A stretch of DNA of 64,000 bases from the NCBI GenBank assembly GCA_965223295.1, contig CBDCWC010000003.1, forward strand, positions 1,632,001 to 1,696,000, given 5' to 3'. The DNA is from Nitrospirales bacterium (GTDB lineage: Bacteria > Nitrospirota > Nitrospiria > Nitrospirales > UBA8639). Positions 10,168 through 20,821 of the stretch are shown here, piece after piece. The translations under genes and the position numbers were made by a program. The notes beneath the pieces were generated by a model. It saw only the letters and a program-made list of their open reading frames with translations. It had not been told where the DNA came from and ran no database searches. How positions within the stretch are numbered: the first letter of the stretch is position 1; every line of letters starts with the position of its first letter.

Positions 10168-10419
10168 GGGATTGTTGAATAATGATGATATCAGTGGCTA
10201 AATTTCGTCTCTGCGACGTACCATGTCGCGGCCTCGGGTCTGTTCAAAAAAGCCCGCTCGCCTGTGCGAAGCCAGGTCCAGCAAGGCCACAGCCCTTTTT
10301 GCACGCGGAGCGTACAGGTCCTACGTGAGCACGCAAAAATGGCGAGAACGTCGCTCCCGGCCTTCGTAGCCCATCAAGTTACTCCGGCGGAGTAGGCGGC
10401 GGCTTTTTTCAACAGACCC
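10168..10419 (+). mobile_element. MITE-like repeat, copy B
   Basis: Ends GGGATTGTTGAATAA / TTTTTCAACAGACCC; flanked by GTTAA (10163-10167, 10420-10424); internal end at 10236. Confidence 0.85.
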
Positions 10420-10607
10420 GTTAAAGATTCATGAAATAGCCGAAAAGCATGTTTTTGAGGGTACAAAGGATGAGATTTGTAAACAACAAGAGGGATGTAG
10501 GGCGGTAACCCTACCATTGGGTGTAGAAAGGAAATTCTTGCGCAGAGGGCTCAAGGAACATCGAGAATTTGGATGTATGTCAGGGAACGTTGAATATCAG
10601 GAGGAAA

Positions 10608-10952
10608 TCATGAGTCGGCCCTAAGGGTCTGCTGAATGGCAGAAATTTGGGGAGTTGGGCTTCCTGAATTCTTGACTTCCTGGTGAATTTGCTCTTGCAG
10701 GTAGGAAGAATAGCCTACTTTTTCGACGAAAAGCTGGAAAAAGTCATTGGGTGGGAGGGACGTTTTGGCTCGGAGTTCTTCAAGAATGTCATCACTGATT
10801 GGAATGAGGGTGTCGCCAATGTGAAGGATCCCCTTATAGTAATTTCCTTCACCTCGCAGTTGCAGTCGAAGGCCAGATTTTGGCTTGACAGTTTTATCAA
10901 CGGGTGGGTCAGAAATTTCAGAACTGGTTGAATTTTCGGGTAAGTTTTCCAT
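10608..10952 (-). CDS. hypothetical protein
   Basis: ~114-aa ORF with protein-like composition, divergent from serC. Confidence 0.55.
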   Translation of the reverse strand: MENLPENSTSSEISDPPVDKTVKPKSGLRLQLRGEGNYYKGILHIGDTLIPISDDILEELRAKTSLPPNDFFQLFVEKVGYSSYLQEQIHQEVKNSGSPTPQISAIQQTLRADS

Positions 10953-11115
10953 GAATGCGATCAATTGTAGGGCATCATGAATTGGAATGACAAGGACACG
11001 TACTTTCTTGACTGGTTCAGGACCCTATGCTAGCGTAACGACCTTTTCGGCGCGGTGTCTGATGTTTTTCCTACCTCCTGCGCCCCTAATTTTTACGATT
11101 GGAGTACCGAGTCTC

Positions 11116-12201
11116 ATGAAGTCACGTGTGTATAACTTTAGTGCGGGGCCGGCGATGTTGCCGGAAGAGGTTTTGAAGCAAGCTCAAGAAGAATTGCCAG
11201 ATTGGCATGGAGCTGGCGCGTCAATCATGGAGATGAGTCACAGGGGGAAAGAGTTTGTCTCGGTGGCGGCTGAAGCTGAACAAGATCTACGTGAGCTATT
11301 GAATGTACCTAAGAATTATAAGGTGCTCTTCCTCCAAGGTGGGGCGACCTCGCAATTCGCGACGATTCCCATGAATCTATTACGGGGAAAAACGACGGCA
11401 GATTATGTTTTAACGGGTGAGTGGGGCAAAAAAGCCATCAGCGAGGCCAAAAAGTATTGCACCGTGAATCTTGCGGCCTCTTCAGAAAGCCAAAAGTTTG
11501 CCAGCATCCCAGCATTTGAAAGCTGGTCATTAAATAAGGATGCTGCCTATGTGCATTATACCCCGAACGAGACCATAGGAGGGTTGGAGTTTCATTGGGT
11601 TCCCAGTACAGGGAATGTGCCGTTAGTCGCTGACTATTCTTCAACGGTTTTATCGCGTCCTATTGATGTGAGCCGGTTTGGTCTCATTTATGCGGGTGCG
11701 CAGAAGAACATAGGCCCGGCGGGTGTGACACTTGTGATTGTGAGGGATGATCTTCTTGGAGATGCTCTTCCCATCACGCCGAGTGTGTTTGATTATGCCA
11801 AGCAGGCTGATGCCGATTCGATGCTGAATACTCCTCCGACGTATGGAATATATTTGGCGGGTTTAGTCTTTAAATGGTTAAAAGCGAAAGGCGGTGTGTC
11901 GGCGATGGCCGCGATTAACGAACGTAAGGCAACGAAACTGTATGCAGCGATTGATGCGTCCAGTTTCTATAGCAATCCGGTTGAACGGTCCTCCCGCTCC
12001 TGGATGAATGTCCCATTTATTTTAGCCAATGCGGATTTAGATAAAGAGTTTTTGTCTGGGGCGGCTTCAGCGGGATTAACGACACTCAAAGGCCATCGTT
12101 CGGTTGGGGGTATGCGAGCCAGTATTTATAATGCGATGCCGGAAGCGGGTGTGGATGCGTTGATTGCTTATATGGCTGATTTCGAAAAACGCCACGCCTA
12201 A
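11116..12201 (+). CDS. serC: phosphoserine aminotransferase
   Basis: [24 protein letters not shown] (PLP lysine), [14 protein letters not shown]; start at MKSRVY after GGAG. Confidence 0.97.
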   Translation: MKSRVYNFSAGPAMLPEEVLKQAQEELPDWHGAGASIMEMSHRGKEFVSVAAEAEQDLRELLNVPKNYKVLFLQGGATSQFATIPMNLLRGKTTADYVLTGEWGKKAISEAKKYCTVNLAASSESQKFASIPAFESWSLNKDAAYVHYTPNETIGGLEFHWVPSTGNVPLVADYSSTVLSRPIDVSRFGLIYAGAQKNIGPAGVTLVIVRDDLLGDALPITPSVFDYAKQADADSMLNTPPTYGIYLAGLVFKWLKAKGGVSAMAAINERKATKLYAAIDASSFYSNPVERSSRSWMNVPFILANADLDKEFLSGAASAGLTTLKGHRSVGGMRASIYNAMPEAGVDALIAYMADFEKRHA

Positions 12202-12255
12202 TCATCATACATGAATAGTTGAGCCTCTTGGTTCTTGCTGTAACGGAGTGACCTT

Positions 12256-13839
12256 ATGAATATTTTAGTAAGCGACAGTCTTTCTTCTAAAGGAGTGGAA
12301 GTCTTAGAACGTGCAGGGTTTTCCGTTGCGGTGAAGACCAAATTGTCCAAGGAAGAATTATTGCAGGAAATTCCTAACTATGAAGCGTTAATCGTGCGCT
12401 CGGCCACGAAGGTCACGAAAGAGGTGATTGACGCCGGAGGGCGTCTCCGTATTGTGGGACGTGCTGGAACAGGGCTGGACAATGTCGACACGGAAGCGGC
12501 GACACGTCGAGGCATCGTTGTCATGAATACGCCTGGTGGAAATACCATCACGACGGCCGAACATACCATGTCGATGATTGCTGCGATGAGCCGGAAAATT
12601 CCCCAAGCCACTCAATCAATGAAAGAAGGCAAGTGGGAAAAGAGTAAGTTTATGGGGAGTGAGTTGTACAATAAAACCTTGGGATTAGTCGGTTTGGGAC
12701 AAATTGGATCATATGTCGCCAAGTTAGCTCAAGGCTGGTCAATGAATGTGATTGGCTATGACCCATATTTAGCAGAAGATCGAGCCAAACGAATGGGCAT
12801 TGAAGTGGTGGGGCTTGATGAATTGTTTCACCGGGCCGATGTCATCTCGGTTCACACCCCTTTGACGAACGAAACGCGAGGGATCATCAATACTGAAGCG
12901 ATGGGCAAAATGAAAGATGGTGTCATGATTGTGAATTGTGCCAGGGGTGGCATCATTCATGAACAGGATCTTTGTGAGGCTCTGAAATCTGGAAAAGTGG
13001 CAGCGGCGGCATTCGATGTCTTTGAAAAAGAGCCTATTGATTCCAGCCATGTTCTTCTCAGTTTGCCGAATTTTACCTGTACCCCCCATATTGGGGCGTC
13101 GACAGAAGAAGCCCAAGAAAATGTCGCCATTGGGATCGCCGAACAATTTGTTGATTATTTTAAGAGAGGTATTGCGCGGGGTGCTGTGAATGTTCCATCA
13201 GTGGCACCTGAGGCCTTGCCTCAACTACAGCCCTATTTGAACTTGGCTGAACGTCTGGGAAGTTTTCAGGCTCAATTGTTAGAGGGGGGCTTACAGTCTG
13301 TCACTGTTGAATATGTTGGCGAGGTATCGCAGCTGGGCGTTGCTCCCATTACGGTTGCTATCTTGAAGGGATTGCTTGCTCCCATCTTGGAAGATGTCAT
13401 TAATTTCGTGAATGCGCCTATTGTCGCCAAAGAGCGCGGTATAGAAGTGAAGGAAGTGAAAAGTAGCGATGCGGGCGATTTTACCAGTTTGATTCGGCTG
13501 AAAGTGGAAGCTGGTCAAAAGACGTATGTGTTGGCTGGTACGCTCTTTCATCGACAAGAACCACGGATTGTGGAAATTAATCAATTTCAAGTGGAAGTGG
13601 TCTGCGAAGGCCAGATGATTTTGATTGATAATGTGGATCGTCCTGGTGTGATCGGAATGGTTGGACAGGTTTTAGGCAAACATGAAGTGAATATTGCCCG
13701 TATGCAATGCTCTCGGGTCGAGCGTGGAGAATCAGCGCTGCTGATCATTGGCTTAGACGCGCCATTGGCTACATCCGTGATTGACCTTTTGAAACAAGAG
13801 CCAGATATCTTATCCGTTCGTATGGTTGATTTGGGTTAG
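12256..13839 (+). CDS. serA: D-3-phosphoglycerate dehydrogenase
   Basis: GRAGTGLDNVD, GLGQIG, NCARGG, TPHIGAST; C-terminal ASB and ACT domains. Confidence 0.97.
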   Translation: MNILVSDSLSSKGVEVLERAGFSVAVKTKLSKEELLQEIPNYEALIVRSATKVTKEVIDAGGRLRIVGRAGTGLDNVDTEAATRRGIVVMNTPGGNTITTAEHTMSMIAAMSRKIPQATQSMKEGKWEKSKFMGSELYNKTLGLVGLGQIGSYVAKLAQGWSMNVIGYDPYLAEDRAKRMGIEVVGLDELFHRADVISVHTPLTNETRGIINTEAMGKMKDGVMIVNCARGGIIHEQDLCEALKSGKVAAAAFDVFEKEPIDSSHVLLSLPNFTCTPHIGASTEEAQENVAIGIAEQFVDYFKRGIARGAVNVPSVAPEALPQLQPYLNLAERLGSFQAQLLEGGLQSVTVEYVGEVSQLGVAPITVAILKGLLAPILEDVINFVNAPIVAKERGIEVKEVKSSDAGDFTSLIRLKVEAGQKTYVLAGTLFHRQEPRIVEINQFQVEVVCEGQMILIDNVDRPGVIGMVGQVLGKHEVNIARMQCSRVERGESALLIIGLDAPLATSVIDLLKQEPDILSVRMVDLG

Positions 13840-13918
13840 TGTCGTCTCTTTTCCATACAGCCTCTTGCTGGCCGGCTTCCTCCTGGCTAGTTGTATGAGG
13901 GCCTCCTCTATAGGTTTC

Positions 13919-15244
13919 ATGAAACCCGCCCGTTCCCTTATTCCCATTGGCACTGCGACTCTCTTGCCCCAAACGGCTCAACGCGTGCGGGAGTTAGAAG
14001 ATCAATTGTTGGCCTACCTCGCCACGTGGGGCTATCAGGAAATTATTCTCCCAACGTTTGAATATCTAGATGTCCTGTCCGTGGGGCTTTCTTCAGAAAT
14101 TTTAGAAAAGTGCTACAAGTTTGCTGATTGGACTTCTGGACGCATGCTTGTCCTGCGTCCAGATGCGACGGCTCAAATTGCCAGGATGGTGGCCATGGGA
14201 TTAGGCGGAGATGTGCTGCCCATGCGTTTTTCTTACCGAACGACTGTCTTTCGTTATGAATTGGAACATCGTGGGCGGGATCGGGAGGTCTTTCAAGTCG
14301 GTATTGAGTTGGTAGGAAATGATACAGCACAGGGTGATGCCGAGATGGTGACGATGTTGGCAGGATTATTCAAAGCGGTGGGTTTGCCAGAATGGAAAAT
14401 TTCTTTAGGACATGCAGGGTTTTTTAAGGCCCTGTTGTCTCGTTCTGGGTTGTCCCCAAAAAAAAGAAAGCAGGCGGAATTAGCGGCAGCTCATAAAGAT
14501 TTACCGAAATTAGAGCAGATTCTCACGACAGAACGTCTATCCAGGAAAGTGGTCAGAAATATTCTTGAGGTTCCAGAGCGCTGTGGGCAGTATGATGTTT
14601 TGGAATGGGGAAAGCGGGTGGCAGGGCACGATGCACAATTGATGAAGCCGTTACATCGTTTGGAGCAGGTCTTTCAACAATTGGCGATCACCGGTGTGCA
14701 GCAGCACGTGCTCTTAGATCTGGGGGAACTTCGCGGGTTTGACTATTATGATGGCGTGGTCTTTGATGTTTTTACCTCCGTCCTAGGCAGTGAGATCGGA
14801 GGCGGCGGTCGATATAATCATCTCGTGGGCCGGTTTGGCCGAGAACTGCCGGCCATTGGATTTGGGTTAGATTTGGACCGTGTCTTTTCAGCCTTGGAGC
14901 GTAGCGGTTACTTAGGAAACCACGGTTTAGGATCTGTGCTCCTGTTGACGGCTGGCCCTCAGACCGCTGAATCATTTGCCTTGGCTCAGACGTTACGAAC
15001 GATGGGTATCGTGGTGATTGAAGAACGTATAGAGCGGCCTCAAAAGTCTATGCGAACTTCTGCGATTCAAATAGCCAGACGGCGTGAATTTTCACGTGTG
15101 ATTCTCTATGAACCAATGAAAGGTGCTCCGGCGTTCATGCATTTACTAGAATTCTCAAATTCTTCTTCGAAACCACGGCAACACCGTGTGACTGCCGAAG
15201 AATTGCCTCAACGGTTACGAGGAGACATATATGGCGATTTCTGA
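13919..15244 (+). CDS. hisZ: ATP phosphoribosyltransferase regulatory subunit (HisRS paralogue)
   Basis: LRPDATAQIAR, REVFQVGIEL, FDYYDGVVF, GGGRYNHL. Start uncertain (13826-13919). Confidence 0.88.
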   Translation: MKPARSLIPIGTATLLPQTAQRVRELEDQLLAYLATWGYQEIILPTFEYLDVLSVGLSSEILEKCYKFADWTSGRMLVLRPDATAQIARMVAMGLGGDVLPMRFSYRTTVFRYELEHRGRDREVFQVGIELVGNDTAQGDAEMVTMLAGLFKAVGLPEWKISLGHAGFFKALLSRSGLSPKKRKQAELAAAHKDLPKLEQILTTERLSRKVVRNILEVPERCGQYDVLEWGKRVAGHDAQLMKPLHRLEQVFQQLAITGVQQHVLLDLGELRGFDYYDGVVFDVFTSVLGSEIGGGGRYNHLVGRFGRELPAIGFGLDLDRVFSALERSGYLGNHGLGSVLLLTAGPQTAESFALAQTLRTMGIVVIEERIERPQKSMRTSAIQIARRREFSRVILYEPMKGAPAFMHLLEFSNSSSKPRQHRVTAEELPQRLRGDIYGDF

Positions 15245-16577
15245 AATATCAGGAGTTCGAGTCCCTCCTCAAAACCTAGAGGCCGAACAATCTGTTTTGG
15301 GTGCGATTCTTTTGGATAATGCGGCCCTCAATCGTTCTCTGGAAATTTTGTCTGAAAATGATTTTTATCGAACCGCCAACCAATTGGTGTATCGAAGCAT
15401 GGTGGGGTTGTCTGATCGGAATCAACCTATTGATCAGATTACGCTGACTGATTATTTACGAGGGACCGGGGAATTGGAGCAGGTCGGCGGTGCCTCTTAT
15501 ATTGCGGAACTGGTGCAGGCGGTACCCAGCGCTGCGAATATTCGCTACCATTGTCAGATTGTCCGGGAAAAATCTTTGCTTCGTGGACTTGTTCGAACGG
15601 CTACCGATGTGGTGATGAAAGCGTACGAAGGGACGACCAAAACCGACGAATTGCTTGAGGTCGCGGAACGTGAAATATTTCGGTTGGCTCAAGGACATTT
15701 AGGGGCAACGTTTGTTCCGGTGCGGACTCTTCTCCAAGGAAGTATTGAAATTGTTGATCGTCTCTATAGCCGGCAAGAAAAAATTACTGGGGTGCCCACA
15801 GGCTTTGATATCGATAATTTGACGGCCGGTCTGCAACCTTCTGATTTAATTATCATTGCCGGTAGACCGAGTATGGGGAAGACGAGTTTGGCCTTGGGCA
15901 TGGCAGAGCATGCGGCTTTGTGTGTCAACGCGGTTGTTGGGATTTTCAGCCTGGAGATGTCCGGGGAACAACTTGTGTTACGTATGCTGAGCTCACTCGC
16001 TCGACTCGACTCACATGCGGTGAGAACCGGACAACTCAAAGGAGTTGACTGGGAAGCCTTAACCGGAGCAGCTAGTCAACTGCAAGATGCGAAGATATTT
16101 ATTGATGATTCGGGTAATCTCAGTGTCCAACAGATGCGGGGAAAGGCCCGACGGCTGAAGGCTGAACATGGCTTGGATCTCCTGATTGTTGATTATTTGC
16201 AATTGATGGAAGGGCGGAATACGTCTGAATCGCGTCAGCAGGAAATTTCCGATATTTCCCGGGCCTTAAAGGGCTTGGCGAAAGAATTGAATGTTCCTGT
16301 TGTGGCGCTTTCGCAGTTGAGCCGAGCAGTAGAAAACCGGAAGCCGCCTGTTCCCGTCTTGGCTGATCTTCGCGAGTCTGGGGCTATTGAGCAAGATGCT
16401 GACGTAGTCATGTTTATTTATCGGGAAGAGGTTTATGAGCCGGATACTGAGGAAAAAGGTATTGCCAGAATTCTGGTACGAAAACATCGCAATGGCCCCA
16501 TTGGGGAAGTTTTACTTCAATTTCATGACAACTATGCAAAATTTCATAATTTAGAAACACGGTCTGGTATAGTATAG
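15231..16577 (+). CDS. dnaB: replicative DNA helicase
   Basis: PPQNLEAEQSVLG, GRPSMGKT, VDYLQL, SQLSR, DLRESGAIEQDAD, KHRNGP; no intein visible. Confidence 0.98.
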   Translation: MAISEISGVRVPPQNLEAEQSVLGAILLDNAALNRSLEILSENDFYRTANQLVYRSMVGLSDRNQPIDQITLTDYLRGTGELEQVGGASYIAELVQAVPSAANIRYHCQIVREKSLLRGLVRTATDVVMKAYEGTTKTDELLEVAEREIFRLAQGHLGATFVPVRTLLQGSIEIVDRLYSRQEKITGVPTGFDIDNLTAGLQPSDLIIIAGRPSMGKTSLALGMAEHAALCVNAVVGIFSLEMSGEQLVLRMLSSLARLDSHAVRTGQLKGVDWEALTGAASQLQDAKIFIDDSGNLSVQQMRGKARRLKAEHGLDLLIVDYLQLMEGRNTSESRQQEISDISRALKGLAKELNVPVVALSQLSRAVENRKPPVPVLADLRESGAIEQDADVVMFIYREEVYEPDTEEKGIARILVRKHRNGPIGEVLLQFHDNYAKFHNLETRSGIV

Positions 16578-16621
16578 ACTTATGGGTTTCATGGAAATGA
16601 CATAGAGAGGCGGATTGTTCT

Positions 16622-18415
16622 ATGCAACATATTCCTTCGGTAGATTCTATGAACACGTTTCCTTGGCGGCTGGGTCAGATCCGAACTTGTCTGTTAGGTA
16701 TTCCATTGTTAATCCTGTCATGCGGGACGGCTCCGCAGTTGAGCGTTCAAGGGCAGGAACCTTCCTCTACGATTCAGGAAACCACGCATCCGCAAGCCTA
16801 TTTTCATTTCCTTCAAGGGTCCCTAGCCGAACTCAACAATGATGGGGCTCAGGCTTTAGAAGCCTATCGGGCTGGGTTAACCTTTGACCCTGACTCCATC
16901 TTCCTGAAGTTTCGTATTGCTAAACTGCATTTTGCGTTGGCGCAGATGACGGCGGCAGTCGACATGGCCAGGCAAATTCCTCTTCAAGAAATTGACACAG
17001 TCCCCATGTTTGTCGATCTGGCAAAAATTTTCTCCGGCGCCGAGGAACAGGAATTGGCTCTCCAGGTCTTAGAACAAGGGGAGAGGCGCTTTCCTTCTGA
17101 AGAACGGCTCTATATTTCTCATGGAACCCTTTTGTTGACAGAGAAAAATTATGCACAGGCAGAAGTTGTGTTTCGGGATCTTTTGGGGCATGTGTCGAGT
17201 TCGTCAGAGGCGCATTATTATTTAGGAATTATCGCTAGTGAAGGGGATGAGAAGCCAAAAGCGATAGGTCATTTTGAGCAAGCTATTGCTCAGAATAAGT
17301 CTTTTGAAAGGGCCTATGGGCGGTTAATTGAATTGTTAGAAGAGACTGAAAATTCTCAGCGAGCGATAGATTTGCTCGAATCTTTTTTGAAGGACGTCAA
17401 TCCGCACCACAGGGAATTTCGTTTGCGGCTGGTCCGGTTATATGCGGCTGAGAAAAAGGCTGATCAGGCTACCGAACATTTAGATTATATTCTTGAACAA
17501 AATCCTGGTGACCTTCATGCGCAAGTTCGGAAGGCTCAAATTTACGGAGAACAGGGGAACTTCGCTGCAGCCGTGGAGGAATTGCAGGCCGTCTTACGTG
17601 ATCGGCCTAATGAACTACGTGTCCGGGATTTTCTAGGGCTGCTCTATGAAGAAATGAAAGATTATGAGAAGGCCATTCAGACGTACCAAGCAAATTTGGC
17701 AATTGACCCAACGTTCTTTGATAGCCTTCTTCATCTGGGGTTCGTGTCCTATCGTCTGAAAAAGAATGATGAGGCCGTGTCCTATTTAGATGAAGCCGTC
17801 AAGTTAAATCCGAAACGTCCTGAACCCTATTTGTTGTTAGGGTTGACCTATTTTCAAATGGAGCGATATGAGCAGGCCAAGGCTCGCTTGGAAGAGGGCA
17901 TTCACCAAGATCCTTCCAATGCTGAACTCCATTTTAATTTAGGAACTGCTTACGACAAACTGAACCAATTTGATGAAGTAGTACGTGCAATGGAACAGGC
18001 CTTAAAGCTGAATCCCGAACATGCAGATGCATTGAATTATCTGGGGTATAGCTATGCTGACCGAGGGATCAACCCCGAAGAAGCCGTGTCCTTGACGCAA
18101 CGAGCGGTGGCCTTAAAACCTCATAATGGCTATTACGTGGATAGTTTAGGCTGGGCGTTATATAAAAATGGGCAAATTGACGAAGCTCTTGAAATGATGC
18201 AACGGGCTGCAACCTTGGTCTCGGATGATCCTGTCATTTATGAACATCTTGGAGAAATCTTCTTACTCCAAGAGAAGCATGAAAAGGCACGGGAAGCTTG
18301 GATTCAATCAATACAATTGGATTCCACGAATGAAGCCCTCAAACAGCGATTTCGAGATACTGGATTTGGGGAGCCAGTCCCAACGCTTTCTCAGCAATCT
18401 ACCTTCACTCCGTAA
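16622..18415 (+). CDS. TPR-repeat lipoprotein
   Basis: Lipobox ILSC; many TPRs; ALNYLGYSYA and YYVDSLGWA motifs. Confidence 0.88.
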   Translation: MQHIPSVDSMNTFPWRLGQIRTCLLGIPLLILSCGTAPQLSVQGQEPSSTIQETTHPQAYFHFLQGSLAELNNDGAQALEAYRAGLTFDPDSIFLKFRIAKLHFALAQMTAAVDMARQIPLQEIDTVPMFVDLAKIFSGAEEQELALQVLEQGERRFPSEERLYISHGTLLLTEKNYAQAEVVFRDLLGHVSSSSEAHYYLGIIASEGDEKPKAIGHFEQAIAQNKSFERAYGRLIELLEETENSQRAIDLLESFLKDVNPHHREFRLRLVRLYAAEKKADQATEHLDYILEQNPGDLHAQVRKAQIYGEQGNFAAAVEELQAVLRDRPNELRVRDFLGLLYEEMKDYEKAIQTYQANLAIDPTFFDSLLHLGFVSYRLKKNDEAVSYLDEAVKLNPKRPEPYLLLGLTYFQMERYEQAKARLEEGIHQDPSNAELHFNLGTAYDKLNQFDEVVRAMEQALKLNPEHADALNYLGYSYADRGINPEEAVSLTQRAVALKPHNGYYVDSLGWALYKNGQIDEALEMMQRAATLVSDDPVIYEHLGEIFLLQEKHEKAREAWIQSIQLDSTNEALKQRFRDTGFGEPVPTLSQQSTFTP

Positions 18416-18614
18416 ACAAGGTAATCTGTCCTTGTTTATAACTGTCTTGCGCGACTGATGTTTTCATGTCTGATCATAGACCATAAGAGCGGACCGTTAC
18501 TGGTGTCACCTGTCTCTTAAGATTGACAATTTTCTGACGATGAGAAATGTCTGAAGGATACTGAGTGTCAAGGGTCCGTTGCTTGAACTTTTTTCTTATT
18601 TATAAATGCAGTTA

Positions 18615-18630
18615 TGGTACATTAATTTCC
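18615..18630 (+). promoter_or_regulatory. possible imperfect sigma-54 (-24/-12) site upstream of the pilin
   Basis: TGGTAC-N5-TTTCC versus consensus TGGCAC-N5-TTGC; the -12 GC is not conserved. Confidence 0.2.
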
Positions 18631-18770
18631 ATTACTTGTTCGTTCTGTGAATTTTGTGGAGGATAGTTGCTGAATCGTACCCTGGTCTCTTGAGTATGCC
18701 AGGTGTATGCTTCCCAGAAGGTAACAAAGCAACTATACATTGGAAGGGACACTTCCGAGGAGGTCACTTT

Positions 18771-19223
18771 ATGAAATTTCGATGCGTACTTCACAATCAA
18801 AGAGGATTTAGTTTGACAGAGCTCATGATCGTGGTGGCGATTATTGGCATTTTGGCCACGATTGCGATTCCCAATTTCTTGAAATATCAAGCGAGAGCGA
18901 AACAAACAGAAGCAAAAAGCAATTTGGTCGCACTGCACACAGCTGAAATTTCATATTTCGCAGAAAACAATGGATACATTGATGACTTTAATGCCATTGG
19001 ATTTGGTGTCAGTGGTTCTTCGCAACGATACTATTATGAATTAGGTTCGGCGACCCTCGGAACGTTGCCTCCGGGCTGCACGGCTTCAGACTTAGATGTG
19101 GCTACCCCTACGGGTTTTACGGCTGTGGCAATTGGAAATATTGATGGAGATGCCACGTGTGATGTGTGGACCATTGATGATCAGAAAGTTTTGACGAACG
19201 TGACGAATGATGTCTCGCTGTAA
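18771..19223 (+). CDS. pilA: type IV major pilin
   Basis: Prepilin site QRG|FSLTELMIVVAIIGILATIAIP; RBS GAGGAGG; C-terminal Cys pair. Confidence 0.9.
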   Translation: MKFRCVLHNQRGFSLTELMIVVAIIGILATIAIPNFLKYQARAKQTEAKSNLVALHTAEISYFAENNGYIDDFNAIGFGVSGSSQRYYYELGSATLGTLPPGCTASDLDVATPTGFTAVAIGNIDGDATCDVWTIDDQKVLTNVTNDVSL

Positions 19224-19333
19224 GTTTTCACTCAGAGACCATTTATGACAGAAAATCACTCAAGAAGAGTTGGGTTGTCCCCGATAGATACCAAGGAGAA
19301 TTATTAGGGACCAGTCTCAAGAGGAGCACGCGC

Positions 19334-20641
19334 GTGGATATTCGAGAAAAAATTCAAAATCGTTCAGCAAAAATTGGGGTTGTAGGTTTGGGTTATGTCG
19401 GACTGCCGTTAGCCGTTCTTCAAGCCAAAACGGGCTATCATGTTTTTGGGGTTGATGAAGTAGAAGCGAAAGTTGAAATGGTCAACCAAGCGAACAACTA
19501 TATTCTGGATGTTGTTGACGATGAGCTACAAGAAGTTGTGGATAAGAAGTTATTGATTGCCACAACGGACTTTTCGGTTTTGCAGCAATGCGATATCATT
19601 TTGATTTGTGTCCCTACTCCTCTCACTCGGAACAAAGAACCAGATATTTCTGCAATTGTTAAGGTGCTCGGACATCTAGCTAACTATTCTCATCCCAACA
19701 TGCTGGTGGTCCTCGAGAGTACGACCTACCCGGGTACCACCGAGGAAGTCATTTTGCCGGCTTTGACGGCGAAAGGCTTAACGGTGGGCAAGGATTTGTT
19801 TGTGGCGTTTTCACCGGAACGAGTTGACCCAGGAAATGCGGATTTTAAAACTCATAATACTTACAAGCTAGTCGGTGGCGTGACGGACGGTTGTCGGGAG
19901 GTTTCTAAATTATTTTACGAACAATCCATTGTAAAAGTGTTTCCTCTCAGTTCTCCTCGAGTCGCTGAAATGGCGAAGGTGTTTGAAAATGTGTTTCGGT
20001 CCGTGAATATAGCATTGGTCAACGAATTGACTATGTTGTGTGAGCGGATGGACATCAATGTCTATGAAGTCATTGATGCGGCCGCAACCAAAAATTTTGG
20101 GTTTATGCCGTTTTATCCCGGTCCAGGCGTCGGAGGGCATTGTATCCCTTTGGACCCCTATTATTTAGCATGGAAGTCAAAGGAATATGATGTCCATACC
20201 CGATTTATTGAATTAGCTGGAGAAATTAACGAAAACATGCCCTATTTTGTTGTCACCAAATTGCAGCGGGTGTTGAACAATATGGGGAAATGCTTGAAAG
20301 GATCAATGGTATTAGTGCTAGGCGTGACGTACAAAGCCGATATTGAGGATCCTCGTGAATCTCCAGCGACTAAAGTGATGGAATTGCTTCAGAAAGAAGG
20401 GGCCAATTTGCAATATCTCGATCCTTACACTCCTTCGTTGCTCATAGGCGATCGGCAATACAAAGCACAGACTGTTACAAAAGAACTCCTAGAACAAAGT
20501 GCCTGCGCTCTCATCTTAACAGCCCATTCAGCGTTTGATTATCAGATGATTGTTGATCACGCGCCGGTTGTCTTCGATACCCGGAACGGAACTCGTCAAG
20601 TGATGAAACACCGGGAAAAGATCGTGTTGCTTTCGACATAA
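19334..20641 (+). CDS. UDP-N-acetyl-hexosamine 6-dehydrogenase (WbpA/WecC family)
   Basis: GLGYVG, CVPTP, ESTTYPGTT, SPERVDPG, GGHCIPLDP. Confidence 0.93.
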   Translation: MDIREKIQNRSAKIGVVGLGYVGLPLAVLQAKTGYHVFGVDEVEAKVEMVNQANNYILDVVDDELQEVVDKKLLIATTDFSVLQQCDIILICVPTPLTRNKEPDISAIVKVLGHLANYSHPNMLVVLESTTYPGTTEEVILPALTAKGLTVGKDLFVAFSPERVDPGNADFKTHNTYKLVGGVTDGCREVSKLFYEQSIVKVFPLSSPRVAEMAKVFENVFRSVNIALVNELTMLCERMDINVYEVIDAAATKNFGFMPFYPGPGVGGHCIPLDPYYLAWKSKEYDVHTRFIELAGEINENMPYFVVTKLQRVLNNMGKCLKGSMVLVLGVTYKADIEDPRESPATKVMELLQKEGANLQYLDPYTPSLLIGDRQYKAQTVTKELLEQSACALILTAHSAFDYQMIVDHAPVVFDTRNGTRQVMKHREKIVLLST

Positions 20642-20821
20642 GCCCGAATTTGTGGTACAACTTAGCAAGTTGCCAAGTCTAATCTTGACAGCCTGCGACC
20701 GATATCGGTATAAGGCCCAGTTTAGACTGGGCCTTGTTGTATCTTGAGCGTATTTCTTTTCGCAGTGTTTCCCCTTGAAAAATTTGCGTGGTCAAGTCTG
20801 AAGACCTAAAGGTATGTACGC

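Noticed and set aside
15231-16577. Possible intein in dnaB
   Set aside because: Length of 448 aa and continuous motifs leave no room for an insertion.
18771-19223. Pilin as an electrically conductive e-pilin (aromatics at 1, 24, 27, 50, 51, 57)
   Set aside because: These positions are common in long deltaproteobacterial-type pilins, and sequence criteria for conductivity are contested.
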